Part shown: positions 1-12,570 of the stretch, one piece after another
Layout: each line of letters begins with the position of its first letter
Numbering within the stretch: position 1 is the first letter of the stretch
Source: an uncultured Chloroflexia bacterium
GTDB taxonomy: Bacteria; Chloroflexota; Dehalococcoidia; UBA2979
Reading direction: 5' to 3'
Assembly (NCBI GenBank): GCA_963728205.1
Contig: CAVSIV010000002.1
Location: 608,001 to 672,000, forward strand
Length of the DNA stretch: 64,000 bases
Notes under the pieces: model-generated
What the model was told of the DNA's origin: nothing
The model's input: only the letters and a program-made list of their open reading frames with translations
Database searches by the model: none
Made by a program: the position numbers and the translations under genes

Positions 1-140
1 GTGGTATCGCGGCGGGTCGGCTCCAGGGCTCGCAGCCAGTGGCCCCGGTTCTCTGTCGGCCGTCGCCTCGCCGGGACGTGTCCCCGTCGACGCTCATGTC
101 GCGCCCCCCTCGCGGGAGACGGCAGGGCGCGATCGTACCA

Positions 141-180
141 GCGCGCACGCGAGACGGCACGCGCAACATCGCGTGCGCGC
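141..180 (-). terminator. 12-bp inverted repeat hairpin downstream of tRNA-Val
   Basis: gcgcgcacgcga (141-152) / tcgcgtgcgcgc (169-180); lies 3' of the minus-strand tRNA; no clear U-tract. Confidence 0.4.
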
Positions 181-218
181 AGTCATGACATAAAGCTGAA
201 TGGGGTCTACGCTGCCGA

Positions 219-295
219 TGGTGGGCGGTATTGGATTCGAACCAATGACCTCAGCGATGTCAACGCTGCGCTCTAACCAACTGAGCTAACCGCCC
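219..295 (-). tRNA. tRNA-Val(GAC)
   Basis: Reverse complement GGGCGGTTAGCTCAGTTGGTTAGAGCGCAGCGTT-GAC-ATCGCTG...GGTTCGAATCC...CCGCCCACCA folds as a cloverleaf with encoded CCA. Confidence 0.97.
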
Positions 296-441
296 GCGGA
301 CCCGCGTCGCGCGGTTCGGAGGCAAGCCTACCGGGGGCCGCGACGGAGCGCAAAACCGGGATGCGCGGGGTCGGATCGGTGGGCGATCGAGTGGGCGCGC
401 GGGTGTCAGATCGGGCGGATGGTCCGCGTGTATCCATTTCG

Positions 442-470
442 TTGACACCCGATCGGGCGCTTGCTACCGT
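442..470 (+). promoter_or_regulatory. sigma70-type promoter for the tRNA-Lys/tRNA-Leu pair
   Basis: TTGACA (442-447), 17-bp spacer, TGn-TACCGT (465-470), 8 nt before tRNA-Lys. Confidence 0.75.
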
Positions 471-478
471 CGCGCGCG

Positions 479-553
479 GGGCCTCTAGCTCAATGGTAGA
501 GCAGCTGACTCTTAATCAGCCGGTTCGGGGTTCGAGTCCCCGGGGGCTCACCA
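479..553 (+). tRNA. tRNA-Lys(CTT)
   Basis: GGGCCTCTAGCTCAATGGTAGAGCAGCTGACT-CTT-AATCAG...GGTTCGAGTCC...GGGGCTCACCA cloverleaf. Confidence 0.97.
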
Positions 554-582
554 ACACGAACCACCGGGGGTGAGCCCGCCGT

Positions 583-667
583 GGGGAAGTGTCGGAACTG
601 GCAGACGAGCGTGATTTAGGATCACGTGCCGAGAGGCGTAGGAGTTCGAGTCTCCTCTTCCCCACCA
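583..667 (+). tRNA. tRNA-Leu(TAG)
   Basis: GGGGAAG acceptor stem, CGTGA-TT-TAG-GA-TCACG anticodon arm, long variable arm, GTTCGAGTC, CCA end. Confidence 0.97.
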
Positions 668-763
668 GCACCCTCTCGGTGCGGCACGCGACGTCCAGTG
701 CTGGTCAGCGGTGACGGGGTACGTTCGCACAGGAGTTCACGTCGATCGACGTGAGGGGGGTCC

Positions 764-1807
<1,044 letters not shown>

Positions 1808-1822
1808 GCAAGGGGAGACACG

Positions 1823-2839
1823 ATGACGACGGACACCGCCCCGGCTCCCCGCGCCACCGCCACACAGCGCGACAACCTCGTCGAGGTGCGCAACCTCAAG
1901 ATGTACTTCCCCGTCACCGCGGGGCTGTTCATCCAGCGCAAGATCGCCGACGTCCGCGCGGTCGACGACGTCTCGTTCGACGTCATGCGCCGCGAGACGC
2001 TCGGACTCGTCGGCGAGTCCGGCTGCGGCAAGTCGACGACCGGTCGCTCGCTGCTGCAGCTCTACCGCCCGACGGCCGGCTCCGTGAACTTCGACGGCAC
2101 CGAGCTCACGAAGCTCAAGGGCTCGAACCTGCGGCGCTTCCGCCGCCGCATGCAGATGATCTTCCAGGACCCGTTCTCGAGCCTGAACCCGCGCATGAGC
2201 GTCGGACAGATCATCGGCGAGCCGATGGCGATTCACGGCCTCTACAAGGGCCAGGCACGCCGCGACCGCATCGAGTACATCATGAACGCGGTGGGCCTCA
2301 ACCCGCTGTTCGCAAAGCGGTACCCGCACGAGTTCTCCGGTGGCCAGCGCCAGCGCATCGGCATCGCCCGCGCGCTCGCGGTCGAGCCCGACTTCATCGT
2401 CTGCGACGAGCCGGTCTCCGCGCTCGACGTCTCGATCCAGGCGCAGATCATCAACCTGCTGGAGGACCTGCAGGATGAGTTCGGCCTGACCTACCTGTTC
2501 ATCGCGCACGACCTCGCCGTCGTGCGGCACATCTCCGACCGCGTGGCGGTGATGTACCTCGGGCACATCATGGAGCTCGCCGACTCGAACGAGCTCTACG
2601 AGAACCCGCTGCACCCGTACACGAAGGCGCTGCTCTCCGCGGTCCCGATCACCGACCCCGAGGTCGAGCGCAAGCGCGAGCGCATCATCCTCACGGGCGA
2701 CGTGCCGTCGCCCCTCCGGCCGCCGCCGGGCTGCGTGTTCAACACGCGCTGCCCAATCGCGGTCGACGAGTGCCGCGAGCGCGTCCCCGAGTTCCGCGAG
2801 GTCGTGCCCATGCACTGGGTGGCCTGCCACCGAGTCTGA
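1823..2839 (+). CDS. oppF: oligopeptide/dipeptide ABC transporter ATP-binding protein
   Basis: [36 protein letters not shown]...GCVFNTRCP. Confidence 0.93.
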   Translation: MTTDTAPAPRATATQRDNLVEVRNLKMYFPVTAGLFIQRKIADVRAVDDVSFDVMRRETLGLVGESGCGKSTTGRSLLQLYRPTAGSVNFDGTELTKLKGSNLRRFRRRMQMIFQDPFSSLNPRMSVGQIIGEPMAIHGLYKGQARRDRIEYIMNAVGLNPLFAKRYPHEFSGGQRQRIGIARALAVEPDFIVCDEPVSALDVSIQAQIINLLEDLQDEFGLTYLFIAHDLAVVRHISDRVAVMYLGHIMELADSNELYENPLHPYTKALLSAVPITDPEVERKRERIILTGDVPSPLRPPPGCVFNTRCPIAVDECRERVPEFREVVPMHWVACHRV

Positions 2840-2859
2840 TCCGCACTGCCGGATACAAG

Positions 2860-2892
2860 CGAAGGGCCCGCCTCACGGCGGGCCCTTCGTCT
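2860..2892 (+). terminator. intrinsic terminator-like hairpin after oppF
   Basis: cgaagggcccgcc-tcac-ggcgggcccttcg perfect 13-bp stem followed by a short T-containing tail. Confidence 0.7.
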
Positions 2893-2959
2893 GGGTGGGC
2901 GCCGGCGAGCCCGCACGCGGGGCGTATGCCCCGCGTGCCCGCCCCGATACGATGGACCG

Positions 2960-4777
<1,818 letters not shown>

Positions 4778-4814
4778 CCTCCGTCGCCGCGGCGCTCGCC
4801 GCGGCTCCGCGCGA

Positions 4815-5636
4815 TCAGCCGACGCGCGCCGGTGCCTCGACCCTCGCCGCCGTCGCCATGAAGCGCCGCAGCACGCCGGTGAAGCGCTCCGGAATGATGC
4901 TGTTCGGCGAGTGATCGACCCCGTGGAAGACGTGGAGGTGGCGCACCTCCTTCGGCAGGTCGAGGTAGCAGCGCACCGAGCCCTCGGGCGGAACCGTGTG
5001 ATCGGCATCGCCGAAGCAGACGAGCGTCGGCACCGGCATCGAGCGGATCACCGCCTGCAGGTCCTGCGGCTCCTCGCGCACCCCGCGCATGCGCTGAGGC
5101 GGCACGCGCTGCCAGTCCTGCCACAGCTGCGCGCGCACGTCCGCGTCGAGGCCCACGTGCTCGGCCTCCCAGTACTCGCGGTTGATGTTGCCCGGGTAGC
5201 CCTCGATGTTCTTCAGCCAGGCCGCTTCCTGCTCGGGCGTCATCGTCGCCCGGCCGGCGAGCGCGCCGCCCGCGAGCAGGACGAGCGCGCGTACGCGGTC
5301 GGCGTGATCGCGCACGTAGTTCGTCACGGTGCTCGCGCCCATCGAGTGGCCGACGAGGACGAAGCGCCCGATCCCGAGCCCTTCGAGGGCCGCCGCGAGG
5401 TCGCGCGCGAAATTGGCGGCCGAGTAGTCGGCGGCGTCCGGCGTCACCGCGGAGGCGCCGGCGCCGCGCATGCTGACCGCGACGCTGCGCACGCCGGCGT
5501 CGGCGAGGGTGCGCTGCACGCCGTCCCAGATGCGCGCCGACGAGCGGTAGCCGTGCACCAGCACGACCGGCTCATCGCCGGAGGGGCCGCGCTCGAAGTA
5601 CTCCAGGCTGACGGATCCGGCCGGCACCATCGGCAT
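4815..5636 (-). CDS. alpha/beta fold hydrolase
   Basis: VVLVHG, GHSMG nucleophile elbow, GDAD acid, late His (VDHS); start taken at MPMVPAG. Confidence 0.88.
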   Translation of the reverse strand: MPMVPAGSVSLEYFERGPSGDEPVVLVHGYRSSARIWDGVQRTLADAGVRSVAVSMRGAGASAVTPDAADYSAANFARDLAAALEGLGIGRFVLVGHSMGASTVTNYVRDHADRVRALVLLAGGALAGRATMTPEQEAAWLKNIEGYPGNINREYWEAEHVGLDADVRAQLWQDWQRVPPQRMRGVREEPQDLQAVIRSMPVPTLVCFGDADHTVPPEGSVRCYLDLPKEVRHLHVFHGVDHSPNSIIPERFTGVLRRFMATAARVEAPARVG

Positions 5637-5847
5637 CGTGGAGCTCCTCTGCAGCGTGTGCGAGCGGTGAGTCGGCGGGCGCCGCAGCCCGCTCACGCGG
5701 GGCCGTTCGCCGCCGGACGGCCCGGATTGTAGCGCCTGACCGGCGCGCGCCGACTGCGGCCGCCCACCACGTGGGGTAAGGTGCGCCGTACCGGTGAGGG
5801 GTCACCAGGGCAGCCTGACACAGCCGACGCGCACGGGAAGGACGGGC

Positions 5848-7041
5848 ATGGCCGAGCAGGTCGTGAAGCCGCGCATCCGGGGATTCATCTCGCTCACCGC
5901 GCACCCGGACGGCTGCGCCGCCAACGTGCGCGAGCAGGTGCACACCGTGAAGGCAGCCGGCCTGCCGCGCGGCGAGCTCGGGACCGTGCTCGTGCTCGGG
6001 TCGTCGACGGGCTACGGGCTCGCGAGCACGCTCGTGGCCTGTTTCGGCTACGGAGCGCGCACGCTCGGCGTCTGCTTCGAGCGCGAGCCCGAGGACGACA
6101 AGACCGCCACCGCCGGCTGGTACAACCTCGCGGAGGCGCACCGCCTCGCCCGCGATCAGGGGCTGACGCTTGCCACCATCAATGGCGACGCCTTCTCGCA
6201 GGACGTGAAGGACGCGGTGATCGCGCGCCTGCGTGGCGGCCTCGGTCCCGTCGACATGATTGTCTACTCGCTCGCCGCGCCGCGCCGCGCCAGGCCCGAG
6301 GGCGGTCACTGGAGCAGCGTGCTCAAGCCGATCGGCGAGCCATACACCGGCCTCGGCTTCGACCTGCGCAACGAGCGCGTGACCGAGGCCGGCATCGAGC
6401 CGGCGACGGAGGACGACATCGCCTCGACCGTGAAGGTGATGGGCGGCGAGGACTGGCGCGAGTGGATCGAACAGCTGCGCGACGCCGGGCTGCTCGCGCG
6501 CGGCTGCCGCACGGTCGCGTACTCGTACATCGGCCCCGAGTTCACCGCCGCCATCTATCGCCGCGGCACGATTGGCCGCGCGAAGGAGCACCTCGAGCAC
6601 ACCGCACGCGAGCTCGACGCCCTGATGCACGCGGCGTGCGACGGCGGTGCGTGGGTGAGCATCAACACCGGCGTCGTGACCCAGGCGTCGGCCGCGATCC
6701 CGGCGGTGCCGCTCTACATGAGCATCCTCTTCAAGGTGATGAAGGAGCGGGGGCTCTACGAGACGGCCGTCGACCAGATCGTGCGGCTGTTCCGGGACCA
6801 CGTCGGACCGGGCGCGACGCCGACGGTCGACGACGAGGCTCGCATCCGGCTCGACGACCGCGAGATGCGGCCGGAGATCCAGGAGGCGATCACGGAGTAC
6901 TGGCGGCGTGTCAGCACCGAGAACCTCGCGGAGACGACCGACTACGCCGGCTACAAGCACGACTTCGCGCGGCTCTTCGGGTTCGAGGTGGAAGGCGTGG
7001 ACTACGACGCTCCCACGGAGATCGTGCGCGCGCTGGCGTAG
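5848..7041 (+). CDS. fabV: enoyl-ACP/trans-2-enoyl-CoA reductase FabV
   Basis: KPRIRGFI...AHPDGC, GSSTGYGLAS, TAGWYN, GDAFS, YSLAAP, VMGGEDW, YSYIG...GTIGRAK. Confidence 0.95.
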   Translation: MAEQVVKPRIRGFISLTAHPDGCAANVREQVHTVKAAGLPRGELGTVLVLGSSTGYGLASTLVACFGYGARTLGVCFEREPEDDKTATAGWYNLAEAHRLARDQGLTLATINGDAFSQDVKDAVIARLRGGLGPVDMIVYSLAAPRRARPEGGHWSSVLKPIGEPYTGLGFDLRNERVTEAGIEPATEDDIASTVKVMGGEDWREWIEQLRDAGLLARGCRTVAYSYIGPEFTAAIYRRGTIGRAKEHLEHTARELDALMHAACDGGAWVSINTGVVTQASAAIPAVPLYMSILFKVMKERGLYETAVDQIVRLFRDHVGPGATPTVDDEARIRLDDREMRPEIQEAITEYWRRVSTENLAETTDYAGYKHDFARLFGFEVEGVDYDAPTEIVRALA

Positions 7042-7060
7042 CGGGCCAGCGGACGCGGAC

Positions 7061-8453
7061 TCAGTCGCCGGCGCCCTCGGTGGTCGACTCCACCTGCGTC
7101 GTCGCCGCATCCGCATCCGCATCGTCGGGCACGAGCAGGTCGGTCAGTTCCACGACGCCGTTCGTCTCGAGCAGTCGTCGCCGGATCGCGGCCAGCGTCT
7201 CCTGCGGGAGGCCCTCGAGCGCGGCGACGGCCGCGACGAAGAGCCAGCGCGAGGTGATGAGCGCGTAGCCCGTCGCCTCAGCGGCGACACGGAGCGCGTC
7301 GACGTACTCGCGGGCGCGCTCCTCCGGCTGCTGGAGGCGCTCGCCGTTCGCGACCACGAGGCCACGGACGGGCTCGGCGCGGCGCTCGATCAGCTCGTCG
7401 AGGTGCCGGCGGAGGCGGTAGTGCGGCCCCATCTCAACGGCGCCCCGTGCGCCCTCCGCGACCACGTGCAGCTCGCCCTCGGCGGCCGACAGGACGGTGT
7501 GCCCGTCGCCCGCCTCCTGCACCTCGAAGCCGAGCAGCTCGGCGCAGGCAATCGCGGCGGGGAGCAGGCGATACTCGGCCCCCTCCCAGAGCACATCGCG
7601 CAGCGCGGCACGCGACGCGAGCGCCGCCGCCGCCGTCTCCTCCTCGCCGGTCGCGCGCTCGCGCGCGATGCGGGTCGTATCGGCCGTGCGCTTGAGCGCG
7701 TCGAGGCCGGGAACGTCGGTGTCGATCACCCAGCGCGGGCGGTCTTCGTCGGGCTGGCGCAGCAGCTCGCGCATCGCCTCGACCGTCGCCTCGCCCTCCG
7801 CGGCGACGAGCCACGCGGCGCCGACCTCGCGCGGCGTGGGCATGAAGATCACGCGGCCGTTGAGCACGGGGAAGTCGACGCCGAGCACGCCGCCGCCCGC
7901 GGAGCGCGCGAACACGCGCGGCCGCGCGGCGGCGAAGCCGGGGGCGCGGTCGTCGAGGTAGGCGCGGTAGAGCAGGTCCTGGCGCAGGAGGTCCAGCACG
8001 CGCACGAGCGGATGGTCGTGATCGGCGATGGCCAGCGTGGTGCCCTCGCCTCCGCGCACGGTGGTGGCGTCCCAGGCGAGGCCGGTCGGGGCGGGGAGGA
8101 AGAAGTAGCGGTCGAGCCCCGGCATGCCCTGCACCGCGGTGAGCAGCGCGGGCGGGTGCGCGTAGACGACGACGACCGCGCCGCGCTCGAGCGCGCGCAC
8201 GAACTCCTCGCGGCGGCGGCGGAGCACGTCGGCGATGCCGACGACGCCGTCGACCGAGCTGCCGTTGACGACCGCGAGGTCTGCGAACGTCTGGTATTCG
8301 TCCTCGGCGCGCGCGGCGAGCCGAATCGAGTCGAACACGCCGCCGGCGTCGACGACGATGGCATCGTAATCGAACAGGGTCGGCGCGTTGAAGAATCGAG
8401 TGGTTGTCGACGAGCCGGTGCTGCATGCGATGGCTGAGCGAGAGCACGCGCAC
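7061..8453 (-). CDS. conserved hypothetical protein (one frameshift near 8395)
   Basis: MRVLSLSHRMQHRLVDNHS frame joins the FNAPTLFDYDAIVVD frame after removing one base; strong GC3 bias throughout. Confidence 0.7.
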
Positions 8454-8692
8454 GGACGAATCCTCCTCGATGCCGCGCCTCCGGCCCGGGCGGGCCTCCC
8501 GGGCCGCCGCGCCGGACGGCCCGGCGGGGCCGTGGTCGGGCTAGAGGCTAACCGCTCCGCGCGGGTGGCGCGACGCCGTGCGATGGGGCACACCACCGGG
8601 GGCCGCGGCCGGTTGCCGCGGCCCTCGGCGATCGCGGAGCATGCGTGCCGGGCGCGCGGCGTGCCGGGGCGCGCGGAGCGGAGACGGCTGCG

Positions 8693-9076
8693 ATGAGCGA
8701 CGAGACGCTGGAGCGCGTGCGCGCGATCTGCCTGGCGCTGCCGGAGGCGCACGAGCGCACCGAGCACCGCCCGGCCTTCGCGGTCCGCACGAAGAGCTTC
8801 GCCATGTACATGGACAACCACCACGAAGACGGCCGGCTCGCCGTCTGGTGCAAGGCGCCGCCCGACGCACAGCGCGAGCTGGTGGCCGCGGACCCGGCGC
8901 GCTACTTCGTCCCGCCGTACGTCGGGCCGAGCGGATGGGTGGGCGTGCGGCTCGACGTCGAACCGGTCGACTGGGACGGGCTCGCCGAGCCTGATCGAGG
9001 ACGGCTACCGGATGTCGGCCGGCAAGCGCCTGCTCGCGGCTCGACGCCGAGCGTGACGGTTGACCGGAGCGCGTGA
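8693..9076 (+). CDS. MmcQ/YjbR family DNA-binding protein (probable frameshift near 8990)
   Basis: RVRAICLALPE...RPAFAVR...WCKAP...YFVPPYVGPSGWVGVRLD...DW; the shifted frame continues LIEDGYR. Confidence 0.85.
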   Translation: MSDETLERVRAICLALPEAHERTEHRPAFAVRTKSFAMYMDNHHEDGRLAVWCKAPPDAQRELVAADPARYFVPPYVGPSGWVGVRLDVEPVDWDGLAEPDRGRLPDVGRQAPARGSTPSVTVDRSA

Positions 9077-9729
9077 GACCGGCCGTCCGGGTCACGCTCC
9101 GGCGGCGCTCCCGGCGCGTCGACGAAGCAGCTCGGCGGCGCGGCCGACCCTCCCGCGCGGCTCACACGCAGCTCCGGCGTCGGCCCCGCGAAGCCGAGCA
9201 GCACCAGCGAGCCGTCGACGTGCGGATCGCAGCCGCCGGCGGCGCGCGTAGCCTCCGCGAGCACCGCGAGGAGGCGCTCCGGGTCGTCGAGGTCGAGCGG
9301 CGCCGTCCACACGGTGCCGCCAAGCAGGACGCGGGCGCGCGCGACGGGCACGAGGTGCGCGTGCAGCTGTGCCACCTCCTGCCGGCCGCCCATGTTGATG
9401 CTGAGCAGGACGTCGTCACCGGCAAGCGGCGCCGCGAGGCGCGCCGCGGCGAGGAGGTCGCGGAAGACGTCGAGCCGCCGCGATGCGACGAGCGCGCACA
9501 GCGAGCGCACGTAGGCCTTCGGAACGACCACGAGGTGTCCGGGGAACTCGGGAAGCGGGTGACGGATCACCACGGCGCCGCCGGCGTCCATCACGCGCTC
9601 GGCCGGCAGCAGCGCCGGCGCGTGCGCACAGACGATCTGCGCCAGTCGGCCGCCCGGTCGCGAGCGCGCGACGAACATCGTCGCGACGCGCACCACGCGG
9701 CGTCCGCGTCGCGCCATGTTGCCCCGCAT
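9060..9729 (-). CDS. HIT-family protein (divergent); 3' end uncertain
   Basis: HPLPEFPGHLVVVPK and INMGGRQEVAQLHAHLV resemble the HIT fold motifs. Confidence 0.6.
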
Positions 9730-9863
9730 CGCGTCCTCCCGTTCGCAGCGCAGGGTACGGGCGGCGCCCTGCGGGAGCGAACGTCACCGTGACGCGGCGC
9801 CGCTCGAAGCGCGGGCGGCGGGGCCGCTTCGCACTCACGCCGCGCCGCTGATACGATCAGCGC

Positions 9864-10130
9864 GGTCGTGCTAGGCGGGGAGCTAGCGGTGCCCTGTACC
9901 CGCAATCCGCTACAGCGGGGCTGAATCCCCGCTCGAGGGTCGGTACCCGAGGGGACTGCCTCCGTCGAGCGGCGTTGAGAGCCTGGTCCTGCGCGGCGAA
10001 GCGCTGTGAACCCCGTCAGGTCCGGAAGGAAGCAGCGGTAAGTCGGAATGCTCGGGTGCCGCAGGGTCGCCGGGCTTGAGTCGGACGGCGGCAGCAAGCT
10101 TTCGGTGCGATTCGACGGCGGGGCACGACC
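9864..10130 (+). ncRNA. ffs: signal recognition particle RNA, large bacterial type with Alu domain
   Basis: Domain IV core CCCCGTCAGGTCCGGAAGGAAGCAGCGG (about 10011-10038); 5' GTGCTAGGCGGGGAGCTAGCGGTGCCCTGTACCCGCAATCCGCT resembles the Bacillus scRNA Alu domain; termini ggtcgtgc/gcacgacc pair; TGnTACGAT just upstream. Confidence 0.95.
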
Positions 10131-10177
10131 ATTCCTCCTCCACCCACCGGGCCGACCAGCACGCCGCGATTGTCTTC

Positions 10178-11107
10178 ATGCGCAAACGTCGACCGCACAA
10201 GCCGTCTGGCCCGCGCCGCGGGCCCGCGTCGGTCGACGCCCCCCGCGACCTGCCGGAGTACCTGCGCCGCCTCGGCGTCGAGCCGCGGAAGGCGCTCGGC
10301 CAGCACTTCCTCGTCGACGAGTTCGTGCTCGGCGATATCGCCGACGCCTGTGCGTTCCGGCCCGGCGAGACCGCGCTCGAGATCGGTGCCGGGCCGGGCG
10401 GGCTGACGGAGGAGCTGGTCGCGCGCGCCGAGCGCGTCGTCGCGGTGGAGCTCGACGAGGAGCTCGCCGGGTTGACGCGGCGCCGGCTCGAGGCGCACGC
10501 GAACCTCACCGTGCTCGCCGCCGACATCCTCGACTTCGCGCCGATCGAGCTGCTGGAGGAGGCGGGCGCGGAGCCGCCGTATGTCGCGGTCGGCAACCTG
10601 CCGTACTACATCACGCAGCCGGTGGTCCGCCGCCTGCTCGAGTCCGACCCGGCGCCGGAGCGCATCATCGTGATGGTCCAGCGCGAGGTCGCGCGGCGCA
10701 TGGTGGGCGGCCCGGGGCACGAGTCGCTGCTCTCGATGGCGGTGAAGTTCTACGGCGAGCCGCGCGCGCTGTTCGACGTGCCGGCGGCGGCGTTCTGGCC
10801 TCAGCCGCGGGTGCAGTCGGCCGTGATCGCCATCGACCGGCGCCCGGCGCCGGCGATCGACCTCGACGACCACGAGCGCCGCGTCTTCTTCGAGCTGCTC
10901 CGCGCGGGGTACGTGAGTCCGCGAAAGCAGCTGCACAACTCGCTGCCCGGGGCGCTCGGGCTGTCGAACGCGCAGGTCACCGACGCGCTCGAGGCGGTGG
11001 GGCTCGACCCGGCGCTGCGCGCTCAGCACCTCGAGATGGGCGACTGGGAGCGGCTCTTCCGCGTGCTGCGCGAGCGCCACCCCGAGGCCGTCGATGTCCC
11101 GGCCTGA
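10178..11107 (+). CDS. rsmA: 16S rRNA adenine dimethyltransferase
   Basis: KALGQHFL, EIGAGPGGLT, VELD, VGNLPYYIT, MVQREVARR, FWPQPRVQS. Confidence 0.95.
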   Translation: MRKRRPHKPSGPRRGPASVDAPRDLPEYLRRLGVEPRKALGQHFLVDEFVLGDIADACAFRPGETALEIGAGPGGLTEELVARAERVVAVELDEELAGLTRRRLEAHANLTVLAADILDFAPIELLEEAGAEPPYVAVGNLPYYITQPVVRRLLESDPAPERIIVMVQREVARRMVGGPGHESLLSMAVKFYGEPRALFDVPAAAFWPQPRVQSAVIAIDRRPAPAIDLDDHERRVFFELLRAGYVSPRKQLHNSLPGALGLSNAQVTDALEAVGLDPALRAQHLEMGDWERLFRVLRERHPEAVDVPA

Positions 11108-12074
11108 CGGCGCCGCCGCCGGGACGCCCGCGGTGGGCGGCGTGCGCGTGATCGCGCCGGCGAAGATCAACCTCGCGCTCGAGGTCACGCGGCGGCGCGA
11201 CGACGGCTACCACGACATCGACACGGTGATGGCGACGATCGACCTTGCGGACCGCGTGACCCTGTTCGCGGCTCCGGCCGGCGCCGGCCTCGACGTGCGG
11301 CTGGCGGGCGAGTTCACGCGCGGCATCGACGCCGCGGACGACCTCGCCGGCCGCGCGGCGCGCGCGCTCGCCGCGGCCGCCGGCCGCGCGCCCGACGTGC
11401 GTGTCGCGCTCGAGAAGCGCGTGCCGCCCGCCGCCGGGCTCGGCGGCGGCTCGTCCGACGCCGCCGCCGTCCTGCGCGGGCTCGACGCGCTGTGGGGGCT
11501 CGGCTGGGGCGCGGCGCGTCTGACGCCCGTCGCGGAGTCGCTCGGCTCGGACGTCCCGTTCTTTCTCCACGGCGGTGTGGCGCACTGCACCGGGCGCGGC
11601 GAGCAGGTGGAGCCGCTGCCGGACCTGCGCCCGCTGCGCATGCTGATCCTCGTGCCGCCCGTGCCGCCACCGCCCGACAAGACCGCGCGCCGCTACCGCG
11701 CGCTGCACCCGCACGACCTCACGGACGGCTCGCGGGCGGAGCGCCTGGCGCGGCGCCTCGCGCGGCGCGCGCCGCCGCCGACGGGCGACCTCGTCAACAC
11801 GTTCGAGGCGGTGATCGAGCGCAGCGAGCCGGAGCTGGTCGCGCACTACGCGGGGTACGGCGCCGCGACCGCGCGCACGCCGCGCTTTCACCTCTGCGGC
11901 GCCGGGCCCGCGCTGTTCCTGCTGCTGCGCGAGGAGGCGATCATCTCCGAGCTGCGGCGAGACTTCGAGCGGGCCGGGGCGCGCGTCTTCGCGGTGCGCA
12001 CGCTCGGGCGCGCCGAGGCGCTGCGCGTGGAGCGCGTGCCGGCCGAGGAGGCCGCCGCGGAGACCGGGGCCTGA
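11094..12074 (+). CDS. ispE: 4-diphosphocytidyl-2C-methyl-D-erythritol kinase
   Basis: APAKINLAL, RRDDGYH, KRVPPAAGLGGGSSDAA, LGSDVPFF; typical rsmA-ispE synteny. Confidence 0.93.
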   Translation: MSRPDGAAAGTPAVGGVRVIAPAKINLALEVTRRRDDGYHDIDTVMATIDLADRVTLFAAPAGAGLDVRLAGEFTRGIDAADDLAGRAARALAAAAGRAPDVRVALEKRVPPAAGLGGGSSDAAAVLRGLDALWGLGWGAARLTPVAESLGSDVPFFLHGGVAHCTGRGEQVEPLPDLRPLRMLILVPPVPPPPDKTARRYRALHPHDLTDGSRAERLARRLARRAPPPTGDLVNTFEAVIERSEPELVAHYAGYGAATARTPRFHLCGAGPALFLLLREEAIISELRRDFERAGARVFAVRTLGRAEALRVERVPAEEAAAETGA

Positions 12075-12079
12075 TCGCG

Positions 12080-12502
12080 ATGCCATTCCCGCACGCCCCA
12101 CAGCTACTGGCCGGCCATCTCGACCCGGCGCGGGTGCTCCTCGCCGGCTTCATCGCCGGCGCCGCCGGCGGGCTGGCCAGCACCGCCATCGCGCTCTTCG
12201 CGCTGACCGGAAATGCCGCGGCGCGCGCGCACCTGCCGGCGCAGGTGCGCTTCGGCGCGATCGGCATCGTCGCCGCGAACGCGATGCTCTTCGGGTGGAC
12301 GCTCGTCGGCCTGGTGCTCGGCGCGGTCTACCTGCACGCCGCGCAGCCCGCGTTCTCGATCGGGATCGCGGCCGCCTGCGTCGTCGCGCTCGGCGGCGCT
12401 GCGTTCGTGCGGCGGCGCGTGACGTGGCCGATGTGGAGCGCCGCGCTCGTCGCGGCGATGACGTTCGCCGTGCTGCTGCCGCTGCTGGCCGGCCCGAGCT
12501 GA
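12080..12502 (+). CDS. small integral membrane protein (about 4 TM)
   Basis: Four hydrophobic stretches, GC3-biased, starts 6 nt after the ispE stop. Confidence 0.7.
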   Translation: MPFPHAPQLLAGHLDPARVLLAGFIAGAAGGLASTAIALFALTGNAAARAHLPAQVRFGAIGIVAANAMLFGWTLVGLVLGAVYLHAAQPAFSIGIAAACVVALGGAAFVRRRVTWPMWSAALVAAMTFAVLLPLLAGPS

Positions 12503-12570
12503 ACGCGCGGGGTGACGCAGCGCGGGAATGCCCCGTATGCTGCGCCACCGGATCTCGGGAGGGGGACCAC

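Noticed and set aside
219-763. tRNA cluster as an integration site for an island or prophage
   Set aside because: No integrase, and no duplicated tRNA 3' end seen in the window
7105-7122. (ccgcat)x3 microsatellite
   Set aside because: In-frame Asp-Ala low-complexity tail with no sign of function
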